This document shows, in pieces, positions 11,801 through 25,300 of a DNA stretch of 64,000 nucleotides. How positions within the stretch are numbered: position 1 is the first letter of the stretch; every line of letters starts with the position of its first letter. The position numbers were made by a program, and so were the translations under genes. Source of the DNA: Chlorokybus atmophyticus. Lineage: Eukaryota > Plantae > Mesostigma and Chlorokybus algae. The stretch covers positions 124,001 through 188,000 of the forward strand of contig RHPI01001715.1 of NCBI GenBank assembly GCA_009103225.1, written 5' to 3'. The notes beneath the pieces were generated by a model, which saw nothing but the letters and a program-made list of their open reading frames with translations, was not told the DNA's origin and did not search any database.

Positions 11801-14437
11801 GTTTTGGCGTTGCCTGTGACAGCACTTGCATATCGCCAGTACAAACATCAAGTCACATGTACTGGCCCGGACATACCCCCAAGAGACTCTTGAAGCAGTC
11901 GTGTCAGCTTGCTGTCGCGGAATGGAACGTGACTGGCATTTGGGTCCGCTCGTGCGTTGATACATTTGCCTGAAGCATATCGAAGACCAGAGTCCACCAA
12001 GTCAGCCCGCTCAGACACAATTGTGCTCTCAGAAAGTGTTAACGTTTACCTAAGCATGTTAGGGACAAGTTGATACTCTTTGCTTCGCTTGCCCTTTGGC
12101 CTTCAGAGCCTGTGCCAAACCCACAGCTGTTGCGTACAGAGTCACAACACATACAGGACTATGACACCAGCGACAAGGAGTGTAGAATACACGTGTCATC
12201 CACATGCGCGAGTTGTTTGTACCTGACTTCTTCAACCGCTCAGAGCCTACAAGCACAACCAGCCATGTCAGCAAAAGCAAGCAGCGTGGTGACTTGACGA
12301 GCTGTCGGTACACGATTATTACCTGCCAGGTCAACAAGGAACAGCTTGCCAACGATGACCCTATATGAACAGCCAGCGGATCAGTACACATGAGCCAGCT
12401 GCATACTGCACCGCAAAGCAGCCTACATTTGCTTCGCGGCCGTTGCTGGGGACGACTTGGGTGCCCTACGCGTTTGCAGTCCTTGTTTCAAACGCTTTTC
12501 CACAGTCAAAACGACAATAGCATGACTTCTACTCGAATGCGCATTCTGCACATGTACGTTTAATGAGAAGTCCAACGCATCATTAGAAACGGTAAAGAGC
12601 TGGGCACAAAGCAGATTGCCGCACCAGCTTTGTGTTGGCAAAAGTGCGGTTGCGTTCGCCAAGTTGCAGCAAGCGCAGACAGTCCTCAACGCTTTGTACA
12701 AAAACCTGACAAACATGGCTGTCAGCTTACAGGTACCGATGCAAACATGACAGGAATGCAGAACTGCCTACCAACCTCTTCAGCGCCAGCAACATAAACA
12801 CCCGTTTCCCCTTCGCGAATGGACAGGTTGCTGCTTTCTGGCCGCAGCAAATCCTGAAGCTGAGTAGTGACAGATCCAGGTTTAGGATATTGCACTTTTA
12901 TGGTTGCATGGCACTTTGGGGACCCACTACTTCAATGAGCGGGTACAACGTGAAGGCTTCACACAGACAACCTACACAGCGGAGATGCACAGTGTGTCAC
13001 TCACCATTTCCATATATATCTGGACATATGACATCATGACTCGGAAGTCATACTCCCAATCTGCCTTTGCTGCCACAAAGATTTCTGCTGTAGCTCGTGG
13101 AATGATGCCTGCGAACAGGTAGACAACATTCACAGCACCTCAGTCGACACAAGTCGCTTTGTCCTTGGCTGCACACTTCCAAGCATGGCCATGCAGGTGC
13201 TATGGTAAACGCATAGCTACTTACCGACTTGGGCGGAGTACGCGCTTGCCAGTGTGTACGTTTTGCCTGCCCCGGTCTGACCATAGCACATGATCGTGCC
13301 ATTGTAGCCAAGCAGCACGTCCTGATGAAGACAACGCAATCAGAGTACAGTGGCCAGTGGCAATCCTGTCTTGGCCAGGCTGTTGACGACACGCATGACT
13401 CACTACTGCCGCAATTCAAATGTAGCTGGCATAAACAACAGTATGCACCTCAACAATTGGCTTAGCAGCTGCGGTGTACACCTCAGCCTGCGTTGACTCC
13501 GGCCCCAACACATGGTCAAAAGAAAAGTCGTTCTGCTCGACTACAGCATTCCTGCACAGCAAACATGGAAGCCATAGGTTAACAGACAAGTTACGGGTGC
13601 CTTTGTGTAGTGCATACGTCTTCTAACAGAGCCAGCATGATCTGTTCATCTGCGATGCTGAACATACAACACATGCCGTTTACGCACTCAACAACTACGG
13701 TTAACCATACAACAGCACGGCTGCTTGCATATGCACCGCTACTGAGCGCAAACTGCAATGGGCAACTGCACTCACTTGCGAAAGACCACACAAGTGTTTT
13801 CAACACTGTCCCCCTCGATGACCACCCCTCCACCTGGCTGATCAACCTCCTCGGGGGTGGGCGGTCGTATGCGCACAGTCGTTTGCACACGCTCTGCATG
13901 CAACACGTTGACACTCAGCCACAGGCATCGTGTGCGTACCCTTGTACCGCTGTCCACCTGACACTGATCAGACTACTGCAAGTGAACATACATGCATGAA
14001 TATCCCCGCCCATTGCTTGCCTGCAGCAAACTCCGCCTCAGCAGCTGGCGCCGACGCCCTTGATGAAACCCTTGGCGTATCAGCAGGGGAGCTGGCAGGC
14101 ATAGCAGCAAACGGCGGAGGCGGAACCCCATCCCGGCTGAACCTTCTAGGCGTAACGCTCTCGCTGTAGCTCGAGCGCCGGCTGCCGCCGTCTCTGTCGA
14201 GGGACGACGGTGGCGTCGGTGACGGGGCGACCCTGGGTGACGGCGACGCCGACCCTGGCCTGCCATTTGCTTGCCTGCCCCCACGCACACAAATGTACAC
14301 GTCAAACAGCAAGCAACGTTCTCATTGGTACGATGGGACACTGCCTTGAGCCAGACAGATTTGCTTCAATACCTTTTCTGACCCCGACTTTTCATGCAAC
14401 TTTGAGCTGACCTGATAGGCGTCGTCGTGCGCTTCAT
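8899..14437 (-). CDS. Kinesin with N-terminal motor (resembles the ARK-type motor) and long coiled-coil stalk, multi-exon
   Basis: First exon ATG AAG CGC ACG ACG ACG CCT ATC AG|gtcagc splices in frame to RQANGRPG. Motifs: [27 protein letters not shown]-loop [13 protein letters not shown] (~13250-13290), [11 protein letters not shown], switch [11 protein letters not shown], switch II LVDLAG|[52 protein letters not shown]; then heptad-rich exons down to ~8900. 3' end approximate. Confidence 0.93.
9960..10470 (-). repeat. 126-bp (42-aa) coding tandem repeat, ~4 copies, in the kinesin stalk exon
   Basis: TTTGAGTGAGT.AGACA recurs at ~10138, 10264 and 10390. Protein unit approximates [42 protein letters not shown]. 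Confidence 0.9.
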
Positions 14438-14809
14438 GCTTGGCCAGGCTACAGCTCCCAGGCTTATGGACGGCGGCTACACACTTCAGCGAAGGTGTCG
14501 CCCGACTGCTGGCATGATGGATTTCAAGGGAACGCAAAACTCGCACAGCAAAATGCTTGTAGCCAGATCTCCTGTCGTTCAACCTCCTCCGCCTCCTCCG
14601 CCTCCTCGTCCTGCTCCCTCTCCGCCGCCGCCGCCGCCGCCGCCGCCGCTTCTGCTATGCCACTTGCTTGAGGCAGACTGGATTTGAACTTGAGCAGTTG
14701 GCGCGAACGCTTGCTGCATGTGATGATGTGTCACAATGCTGCCGTTCCGTTTGCAGTCGTCAAGTTGTTGTCGCTGCTGTTAGCGACGACACCACTGGCG
14801 CAGTCAGTG

Positions 14810-16987
14810 ATGGCGTCGTCCTCGTCGCCGGCGGCGCTTGCAGCCCTGACGCCTGTGCCTTGCATGCGAGGCTTGCGGCGGGATGGGGGACAGCAGAAAT
14901 CGCAAGCCACAGCCAGAGCCACAGCCAGAAGCCTCCATGGCAGCAGGAGGAGGGGCATGCCGCCGGTGGTTGTCGGCGCCCAGGACGATGGTGCCGCTGC
15001 CAGCAGCAGGAATGTGTTATCGGTGCTGTGCCCTCTGCTGCGCCTCATTGGGGTGACCACTGCTTGTTTCCCCAACACCAACTAGAATTGCGAACGTGTA
15101 TGGCCTGCGATATCATGCATGGATGGATGCTCATGGTGAGGGGGAAACAACCCAGCTGATTGCCATGTGGCAGCCTCCCAAACTGACGCTATACGTCCCA
15201 TTGTGTGGCAGGGAGGTGACCCCGCCGCACCACGCAATCGCACACTCGAGGTGAGCACATGCACCCAACCGGCACAACAATACCACGCAGGCAGCTTGCT
15301 CTGTGTTAATGTGATTGTGCTGCTTTACCTTTGGGAGGGCAGGTGGCTACCTCTGGAGTGGCCAGCCTCGCACGCCTTCCCTATGGTTCCGTGGTGCTTG
15401 ACAATACTCGACACGACAAAGCAAGACCGAAGCTACCACTGCAGCTGTACGAGTTTGGTAAGCAAGGGGTAGTAGTGATGCCACGTGCAAGGCGATCAAT
15501 GCGTGTGCATGCGCTAAGGTTGATGAGTTGTGACTGGCGAAAGACAGATTCTGTTCTGGTGCGTGGCAGAAGCATGCCCCTTTTGCAGGCGAGTGCGCGA
15601 AACGCTCACTGCGCTCGACTTAAACGCTGAGGTACAGCTGCACAAGGGCGAGTGCGCGGTTGCGTGAATGCCTGCATGTCTGCGTGCGTGTCAGCACGGC
15701 TTGCTCACAGGCTCCGATCAACCCGTGATGTGTGTCTACTAGTCATAGTCTGACACCAGGAAAGCCGTAGCGCAGATCTACCCGTGTCCGAAGGATTCTT
15801 TGCGACATCGTGCCAGAGTGCAGGCCCTTGGAGGCCAACAACAGTACGTACGTATGCACTGTTGTGAATGTCACTAAAACTGCAAATTCGGCCACACATG
15901 CTAGCTGTGGCACACATCACCGCTCAATAAGTGCTTTGTTTTCGGCACACACACACACGCGCGCATGCGAGAGAGCCTGCCCTCCCGCACATGCTCACAA
16001 CAACAGACACGCACACACGCGCACGTGCACGCAGGTTTCCTTTTCTTGTGGATCCCAACTCTGGACGGCACCTGTATGAAAGCGGTAAGAGTGTTCGGTC
16101 AGCACTCCCCACAGAACGGTGCAGACAAAGTTAGCGCATCCTGTCTTCATCAACAGGTGACATCGTGAAATACTTGTATGAGCAGTACGGTGGAGCAGCG
16201 GCTGCTACCCCACCGTCCGGCTTCCTCACAAGGTGCAACACAGTAACTAGACTGCTCACCCTGCTGCCCTTCCTGCTGTACCCACTGAAATGCTGTGGCT
16301 GTTGTTGCTGATAATGTTGCACGAGCACAGCACGTATGTGACGGGGTTCGTGCCGACTTTGGTGCGCGGGGGCCGAGGCATGTCGCGTTACTCCAGAGCC
16401 GCGACAGAGCCCCCTGCCCAGCTCCTGAGGCTGTACTCGTACGAGAACAACCAGGTGTGGGTGCCACTTGGTAGCAATTGTCAATGCCATGTGGACCGAG
16501 GGTGAGTTTTAGCGACAGAGTTATTGCTTTCTTGCGCAGTTTGCCAGGCTGGTGCGTGAAGCACTTTGCGAGCTGGAGCTGCCATACTTGCTGGTAAATT
16601 CTCAATCCTTTCTTGCACATCTACCGAGTATCACGTTGCCGGATGCATGGTGACTTTGCTATACTTTGCACACACAGAGCCAGAGTTGTTGCTCACATGG
16701 CTGCAGGTTTCGACTGGCAAGGGGTCGGCGCAACGGAGTGACCTCGCAAAGATTGCCGGCTCAACACAGGTACGTCACCTGACGTGCATGTTTCATGCTT
16801 CATCGATCCCTGTGTGGTGCAGAACGCTGAGCTGCTGCATCACATGTTGATGATTTCCTGCTCGCAGGTGCCGTATCTGGTCGATTTAAACACTGGCGTG
16901 CAGATGGGGGAGTCTGCCGACATCATCAACTACTTGTTTAAAACTTACTCAGCAGCAGTGCCAGCAGAGAGCGCCGCACGATTGTAA
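14810..16987 (+). CDS. Plastid-targeted double GST-N/thioredoxin-fold protein (At4g10000-like), multi-exon
   Basis: Ser/Ala/Arg-rich transit-like N-terminus MASSSSPAALAAL; PKLPLQLYEF; IYPCPKDSLRHRARVQALGG; FPFLVDPNSGRHLYESG|DIVKYLYEQYG; VPTLVRGGRGMS..LRLYSYENN|FARLVREALCELELPY; VPYLVDLNTGVQMGESADIINYLFKTY, stop at 16987. Confidence 0.9.
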
Positions 16988-17726
16988 CAGCAGCTCTCTC
17001 CCCTGTTTTGCCCACCTTCACATATCCAACAATTGCAGCCCTGGTGACGCGACAGCGCATGTGCTTGCTGGCCATTGATTGTCGCGGCGCACAGTTTCAT
17101 CTGTACATGTACATGAAGAGACGAGTGTGTCAGGCTAGAGTGCTTGTGTTGCTGGGATAGTGTTAGGGCTTTGACACTGGGACCTTGTGACCGGTTGGTA
17201 TAATAGAGAGGGAGGATCGCTAGCGCACAAAGCGCAGCAGAGCAGCAACAGTCATAGATATAGCAGCGGTGGATAAGCTAGCTCGAACGCTAAGCTCTGA
17301 CTGGCCAACTGATGTGGGCAAACTACGTAGGCAACTAGTAGTAGACGTGCAATAGTGCTACTCTGGCGCAACAGACCTCCATACTACTCAATGGCATGAA
17401 CTGCCAATGTACAGTACACACATCCATCCTCCCAAGTACTCTCATCAAGGCCGCATTGCAGCCAAGAAGGTTGTAGTATAGACCGTGGTACATGTGTAGG
17501 TCAAATACCAGCAAACGGCTTTGTATGATAAACTACCAGTGTGCTGCTCCATCATATTTCATTAAGGTTGCTGTCAAGCTTAGGCAACGGACAAACTAAC
17601 TTTACAAACCTATATAACTAGTGCGGTATTTGGTCTAGCAATACAACAGACTGCTGTATTGCTGTAGTAGGTCTATTACTAATATAGCATTCAAGCAAAG
17701 AAGAGTGGAGATGCGAGTGGTGGTGC

Positions 17727-20570
17727 TCAGGGCAGCTCCATGTTGTCTGGGCGCTCTGAGATGGCCCGCATGTCGATTGCGATGCCCGAAGAGGGGCTGG
17801 TGGAGCTGCTGGTCATGGTCTTAAGCTCCTCCCCGCAACGCAGCACGGCATCATGTACCCGCACAAAGATCCAGTCGCGGCCAATGAGATCCACCACGCC
17901 TGTCGTCTCCAAGAAGCCCATCACGGTGCGTGCGGGGTTGGAGAGCACAATCTGAACGCCGCGCGCATGGTACTCTTCGTTGAGCTCCTCAATAGCCTGC
18001 AAAAGAGTGAATATTGTGTTAGCCATGACGCCAATATTGATCAAGAGTACCAGGTTACCAGTCAAGTGAACTTCACGCACCCGGACACCACTGGTGTCAA
18101 TGGATGAGACGGGGCTGAGGTCGAGGATGATGAACTTGATGGGTGCCACGGACGACTGCTCAATGGGCAAGCTGTCCAGCTCGAGGGACTTCGTGCGGAG
18201 GAGCCTGTTGTCCGCAAGCTCAGCGGTGGCGCGGCCGGCCTTGAGCTCGACGCGGCGGATATAGTCCTTGAGGTAGTGCACGTTGGCGAAGTAAATGGGG
18301 GCATCGATACGCAGAATGACCATGCCCTCGGGGCTCTTGGCCTCGGGGTACTGGCGGACGTTCCTGTACACGGTGCTGTGGGGTAGCCTGCCAAGGATGG
18401 CCGTGTGCGGGTGGCCCGACTCATACAAGATGAACAGCAGGGACAGCAGCACACCAATCCCAATGCCCCACTCAATGCCCGCAAACGCCGTGAGAGCAAA
18501 CGTGGTCAGCGCCAGGAACAGGTCGCGCTTGGAAACCTTCCACATGTACTTCCACTCCTCCTCGTCAATCAGACCAAGCACGGCGGACACGATGATGGCG
18601 GCCAGCACCGCTTGCGGCGTGTACTTGAAGAGGGGCGTCAGCAACATGATGACAACAAAAATCATCGTCGCGGTCACCACTCCAGCAATCTGGGTCTTTG
18701 CGCCAACCTCATTGTTGACCGCAGAGCGTGAGAAAGATCCTGCATGCAAGGATACGACTGTCATGATCGTGAAGGCTCAGTGCTGAAGACACGGCTACAG
18801 GAAACAATGTCATCATGCCGGTAACACTGCCCATGCTTACCAGTGATGGGGTAGGAAGAGAAGATGGCACCAAACATGTTGGCAGCACCTAGGCCAACGA
18901 GCTCGTGGTTGTGGCTGAGTTCATATCTGTGCTGGATGGCCAGCTTCTTGCCGATGACAATAGACTCCACGTGACCCAAGACGGCGATGATAATGACATG
19001 CCTCCACATCCCGTCTTTCAGGTTGTCAAAACTCCAGTCGCTTACGGACACTGGAGGGGCGCCACTGGGGATCTTGCCAACAACCTTGACCCCGTGCTGA
19101 TCGACATTGGAAACGATGACAAAAACAGTGCTTAAAATGATTGCGAGCAGCGGACCCACATAACGCAGCACACGCAACCTTCGAACGCGCTTGCCCTGTG
19201 CACAAAAACCAATGCATGAGCCAAGGGGCATAGCACCGAGAAGGCACTGCAATCAGCACTGACTGTTGCGAATTCTCTGCACATGCGCTTTGTCAGGGAA
19301 GGTGTTGCATGCTTGTCGCGCATGTGCTGCTCACCAGCAGCTTGAAGGACACCAACATTATCAAAAAGAACACGAAGATGCCCACCGTTGGCCCATTAAT
19401 CTGCGATGCAAACCAGAATTCTGTGGTCAGAACCAGACAATCAAGCTCAATAAGCCCCACATGAAATGATTGACATGCATGACGTGTTGCACTACTTAAT
19501 AAAATTCACATGTACGCAACACAGCACCTGTGAAATGTCCTTGAATATATACTTGAGGTTCTCATGGATGAGCTCGGAGCGCGGGATGTTGTAGCCGAGT
19601 GCATTCTTGGCCTGCTGGGCCATGATGATGATGGCTGTGGCAGAGATGAAGCCCGTGACCACGGCGTGCGACAAGAAGTTGATGAGGAAGCCGAGCTTCA
19701 GCAGGCCAACGAGCAAGACGAGGAAGCCATTGGACATGGCAAGATAGACGGCAATCTTGACGGCCTCTGGCGACAACGGATCCGCTTTGCCCTTGATGGC
19801 ATCACTGACAAGCAAAGAGATGATCGCAACGGGGCCGACCACAAGCTGACGACTGGTGCCAATGAGGGAGTAGATGTAGGGGCCGGAGAAGCCAGAGTAG
19901 AGGCCATACTGAGGCGGCAAGCTGGCAATGCCAGCGTAAGACAGCCCCTGTGGGATAAGCATGCAGCCGACAGTGAGGCCAGCCAGCAGGTCAGCGCCGA
20001 AGAGCTTCCACGTGTAGTCAGGCAGCCACTTGGTGAAGGGGAAGTACATGTTGAGGATGCGGATCACACGGGCCTTGGGGGGCTTCGCCATGAACTTCTG
20101 AAACTCCAGCTTCTTGTCCTCCACAAACGCCTGTGTAACTGTGCGGCTGTCCCGGAATCCATACTTGGCCTGCCCCACAACAGCAGCAGCACGCACAATA
20201 ATCAGAAAACGAATAAAGTCAACTGTGCGGGAGGAGGGCATCAGTTCAACTACTACCTTGCCCCAATGTCATGACAAGCATTGAACATGCCATGATGTGT
20301 CATGCACGCTTGCTCTGGGCGCGGCCAACGTTTGCAGTTCTCTGTGAATGCATGACACGCAGTCACTTGGTACCAGGAGAGCCACAAACACCGTCTGATC
20401 AGTTCCACTGTGCACTTGCACACTGGCCAGTCGCTCACCCGATGGACAACGCCAGAGCTGGACTTGCCCAGGAAGGCCTCGTCCTGCGGTGGTTCCGTGT
20501 CGGCATACTCCGTCGTAATGGCGCCGCCCCCACCCACCGGCGTCACCTCGAGGTCGTTCTTGTTGGCCAT
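17727..20570 (-). CDS. SULTR: SulP/SLC26 sulfate transporter with C-terminal STAS domain (SULTR4-like)
   Basis: ADLLAGLTVGCMLIPQGLSYAGIASLPPQYGLYS..GTSRQLVVGPVAIISL; NHELVGLGAANMFGAIFSSYPITG|SFSRSAVNNEVGAKTQ; PHTAILGRLPHSTVYRNVRQYPEA; LRIDAPIYFAN; ILDLSPVSSIDTSG (STAS). ATG of MANKNDLEV at 20570. Confidence 0.95.
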
Positions 20571-22129
20571 CGCACCCGCAGCAGCGCCGCCGCCGCCGCC
20601 GCTGCCTAAGCCTGCGTCTTTGCTTTCACCTCTGCTGCCTAGGCTTGCGTCTTTGCGTTCACCTCCGCTGCCTTTAAGCCGCGGCAGCGTGCACAAGTTG
20701 CAGTTTAATGCGGAATCTTCACAGCTTCACAACCCCAAACCCTAGTCATCGCCCTACAGGCTGCGGTCAACTGCGATTAGCTGACCGCGAACGAACGCAC
20801 ACTGTGCGAAGCAGCGAGACGCGCGCGGGAGGGCAGCAGTCGCGACACTGAACAGTCATGCATTGTTCGTGCAATGAAATAAATGATCGTAAATGATCAC
20901 GCCCACCTGCCAGTACGGAAGTGCTCGTGGCGCCCCTCGCCAGTAGCGAGTCGTCCTTCCTTCGCCGACAACGCACGCGCGGCTTCCCGCGTAACGCAGC
21001 GCGGAACGAAACTTTTTCTGCTGTAGGAGTCCCATCGTCAACGTCAATGCGCTGAGTCCGGTCAGTGCATGCATCACCGGACACCTTGACATGTGGGTCC
21101 ATTCCCGCGCTCAAGCGTCAACGCACTGACCGAACCCCACCTGCGTTCCGCCCGGGGTGGCCGCAGCGGGAGCTCCACTTTCGGTCACATGGGTATAGTC
21201 GCGCCTGTGTGTAGCCTAGCAAGCTGCAGGACCGCCCACGAGGCGACCACCAGCTGCAGCGCGCTGACTGCTGGGGTCACGCACGCATGGGGTAACAAGC
21301 AAGGCTCTTCTAACCGGTGTCGTTAACTCTGATGGTTTAGCCAGTAAGTTGTCAAGTACGTTGCCTGGTTACCCATGCACAGTCTTCCCCGGCTATCCGA
21401 ATCACATTGTTTCCATGACTTCACTTCCACAACCTTAGCTCCAGGAAAAATCCAAAGTTCAACAGACGAAAGTTTTACTAGCGCTCCTCTACTAGCGGTC
21501 TGTTGAAGGCCGGCAATGCAAGTTATAGTGTCAAACTTCTGTAAACCGCTGGATAGGCTTATTCAAGGTAGATGCCTTACTTAGGGCTGTTATGGCTATT
21601 ATGACTATTTAAATTGAAAAGTTGCAGCGCTTAAGACACAACAGTTGAACTTGACACTATTGTCGCAAATTAACATAGAGCGCGATATTCTTAGTACTAC
21701 GATAATACTGAAACGGGGGTTATGCTTTTGGTGCATAGAAGAAAAAGGTCTCGCTTGTGATAGAGTAGTAGTTGGGTTAATAACATAATATCCATTTGAA
21801 TGATCATAAGCCACGATGTTACAGGCTAACATAATAGCATATATAAATTGCTGTATGTATGTATGACATTATTGGTGGTATGTTATATATCGTAGTGACA
21901 CGAACCATCCATTACTATTATACAAGGTATGGACAGCATGAAATCAGTTTTATCATGCTCGATGTGTAAAAGTGCATCTTAAATAAACTACACGAAACTG
22001 CAACTTTATTTTGATGCGTGCATAGAGCTGCGGGGGTTTTAATTCAACTTGCAATATGTGACGCAATAAAAACTATAATAAATATTTTTAGATATATTTT
22101 TGTTATCATCCCTAACAAACATGAATGTC

Positions 22130-22350
22130 AAGTGCTGTTTATATGCACGCACGCATACACGCACGCACGCATGCACACACACTTACACACACACATATTA
22201 TATATATATATACATTGTATCATATATACACATGTATCTGTTTATTATGTATACATACATATGGATGTTTATGTACCATAATAATATAAATATATATTAC
22301 ATATGTATATTTTATGTATATATGTATATATGTTTGTATGTATATGTCGG
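22130..22350. repeat. Degenerate (TA)/(CA)/(TATG) low-complexity tract
   Basis: Runs such as CACACACATATTATATATATATACA and TATGTATATATGTATATATG. Confidence 0.8.
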
Positions 22351-25300
22351 TATACATATACTTTTATACTTTCGAGTGCGGGCTGGTCTTATGGCCCTTA
22401 AGTTATGGTTATGTTATGGGGAGATTATACTATACTATTAATAGTGTCTTACGCTCCAGTATCACACATTACGGAAATGTTCTCGTGGCCTACAACATTG
22501 GAAGCTCTGCGATTTGTGATAGTAAAGGCGTTAATCTCATCTATCAAAGTCTCTTGACCGGGGAAGCCTATAGTCGCCTCCTGGTAGTTGACCACCCACT
22601 TGGTTGGGTTGGTAACCACCTGCCATTGACTTAACCGATGGTCCCTCGTAGCAAGCGTTGGTTATCGTAACTGGTCAAGCTTGCATGTGGATGGTTGCTG
22701 TCGTCCGATGGGGCTCGTCCCCAACGCTACCCATCAAGTACGACTTCTGTACGAAGCGGAGAGCTTGGCGTCGCTTCGGTCTGCGCGTGGGGCTGTTGTG
22801 CAACGCAGCGCCAGCGACCTTAACTAGTTTCAGGGTCGTACAATTTAGACCGCTCGTGCGTCGTTGTCCGTGGCTTAACGACAAACGTGCGTTCTTGATG
22901 CACGGAAGCCAGTACCACCACGGATGATGCGCATGCGCAAGTTGCAACAGCTTTCTCGAGTCCGGAAAAGTGTAAGGGCATTGCTTATGGCAAGCAACTT
23001 GCAAGCAACAGAGTTCTCGAGTCAGAAAGCATTTCCTCTAAGCAACTTGGAGGAACAAGTGAACAAGCATACGTTTCGTTCATAAAATGGATGGAATTGG
23101 ACTGCTTGAAGTTGCTTGAACTTTCATAACGACGAAGCCACGCATTGTGAATATGATATTCGTATATTTCAAATGGATTACGTCGTCAATTGCGGATTAT
23201 TTGTTAGGTGTTGTAAGATGTGATAGAGCAGCTCGTCATGTGCATCAATAACACGCGCATGTATACATATATATACCAGTTTGTATGCTTTTACATGTTT
23301 AATCTCATCCAAATGTTGAAAAATAATATGTTTAAGTCAATATCAATAATCATTTAATATGTACAAGATAAACACGCCTATTACAACTTATAATAATAAC
23401 ACATGCGCTTATGCAACCACAAGTTTTAAAATGCAAATTTTATCCATGTAACATGGATAGCAATAATGTCTTCTTAAGCCGCATAAGGATGATTGTATGA
23501 CCGTAAAAACGCATACTATTTATCAATGAAAAAACCTTGAAAAGATGCGCTTGTTGTAATCATACAGTATGTTGAGCATAATACTTCATTGTTGTGACTG
23601 CTTCACAACGCACATGTTGAAGTGTGCCAATCAACTGTAGCAAAGTTTACTATTCAATGAACTTACTTATGGTTGCTGTCGCATACTACACAAGAAGACT
23701 CACCTTGCAAATTACTCCCCTTGCTCCCCACCCCCCCGCTCCTCCCATTTGTATGACATGTGCGTAAATCACAATGCTACATATCCAAGAAAGGTTGCGA
23801 CATAGTTTAGCGCGTGGTTTAGGCGGTGATATGTGCTACATGTTGCACGAATAGCCAACACATGTTCCACATGACGTAAGCGCAATATATACTATGATAT
23901 ACATACCATAATGTATAACTTTACGGCATCATATCATATATGTTATGATACAACCTATGGTATCACATTTATACAACATGAAACATATGCTGTAATTGTA
24001 AAATTGTACTTAAGAGATCTAGACTCTTATATTAAGTCCTCTGGTCTTACAGTTGGGTTATAATAGCAAATTTCGCTACCATAACAAGCTGGATATTCGG
24101 CATGTGGCTCCACTCATGGCTTATGTGAAGCCGGACATGATATATGTCTCATAGTCATAAATCAGACGTGATAGTACGCAAAACTGATTAAATCAACATT
24201 ATTAAGCTTATAGTAATAAGATGATACAAAGCAACATGGTAGCACATGTATGCGTGCGTGCATACGTGCGTGCGTGTGAGACACATATAAAGATAAAACG
24301 CAATCTTTAATTGTATATAACGTGACGAGGCTTAAATGTCAGTAATGTGATGTTTGCACACAAACTTACTTGGGTGATCAGCTTGGCAAGCAAATGCACA
24401 AGCATAAAAACTTACAACATCTCAGGTAGTATTGATGGAATCCCATCAGTATCTTAAGTCTCACCAACCACCAATCAGTGCAGCACCTCGCATCAGAGTC
24501 ACCTCACTATCATAGAAGGAGAGGACGCCCACCTCAGGAGCACATTCCCACGTCACTACTCACATAAAGAAATGAGAGGATGACCACAGGCCCCTCCCCT
24601 CAGCGCTAAACCAAGGCACACACATGCACCTCAAAGGGCGCACACAAACACATACGCTAGCACCACAAGGGATGAGAGCCCCTTCAACATTAAATAGCCA
24701 GGCACCCCATGCACAAGTGGCCCTCTCGCAAAGTTTTCACACACAGCAATCGACCCTACAAGGTTGCAACTTAGCTTTTATAGCACATGTTGCTCTCGAA
24801 CCTAGCACACGATGTTCAAGGCCACCAAGGCCTTGTCACTATGCGCTGACTTGTCACATGACATTTCCCCACATATGCAAATATAGCGGCAGGAGCAGCA
24901 GCAGCACAAGCACGATCAGCGTAAGCATTATAACGATAAATTCATGCACGGTAGGGTAGGCACATGCCATTAAGTTGAAAAGACATGTAAAGCTAAACAA
25001 CGATAGCAAGGTTGCAAGTGGTGCACGTGCGTTGGGCCCCACAGCAGCACTACCCACAAGCGAGCACGGCTAAGACAACATTGCCGTACCTGTGTGGTGA
25101 GTGCCTAATATAGCGACGTCCAAAACATGGGCTATATAGGGGTCATCAAACTCCATTTTTGGAGTGCCACATATCATGGCCCGGCGTTTGAGTAATACCT
25201 CTATTCCATCATACATTTAAAATATAGAATAATATGTAATAATAATATGTAATAAGCAGCCTGTTTGGCAACAGACATAAACATTCGTGTTTCCGTGCGC

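Noticed and set aside
19564-20274. 236-aa plus-strand ORF
   Set aside because: Antisense shadow of the GC-rich SULTR exon.
25135-25205. Possible hAT-like terminal inverted repeats (TAGGGGTCATCAAACT ... GTTTGAGTAATACCTCTA)
   Set aside because: Several mismatches and no 8-bp target-site duplication.
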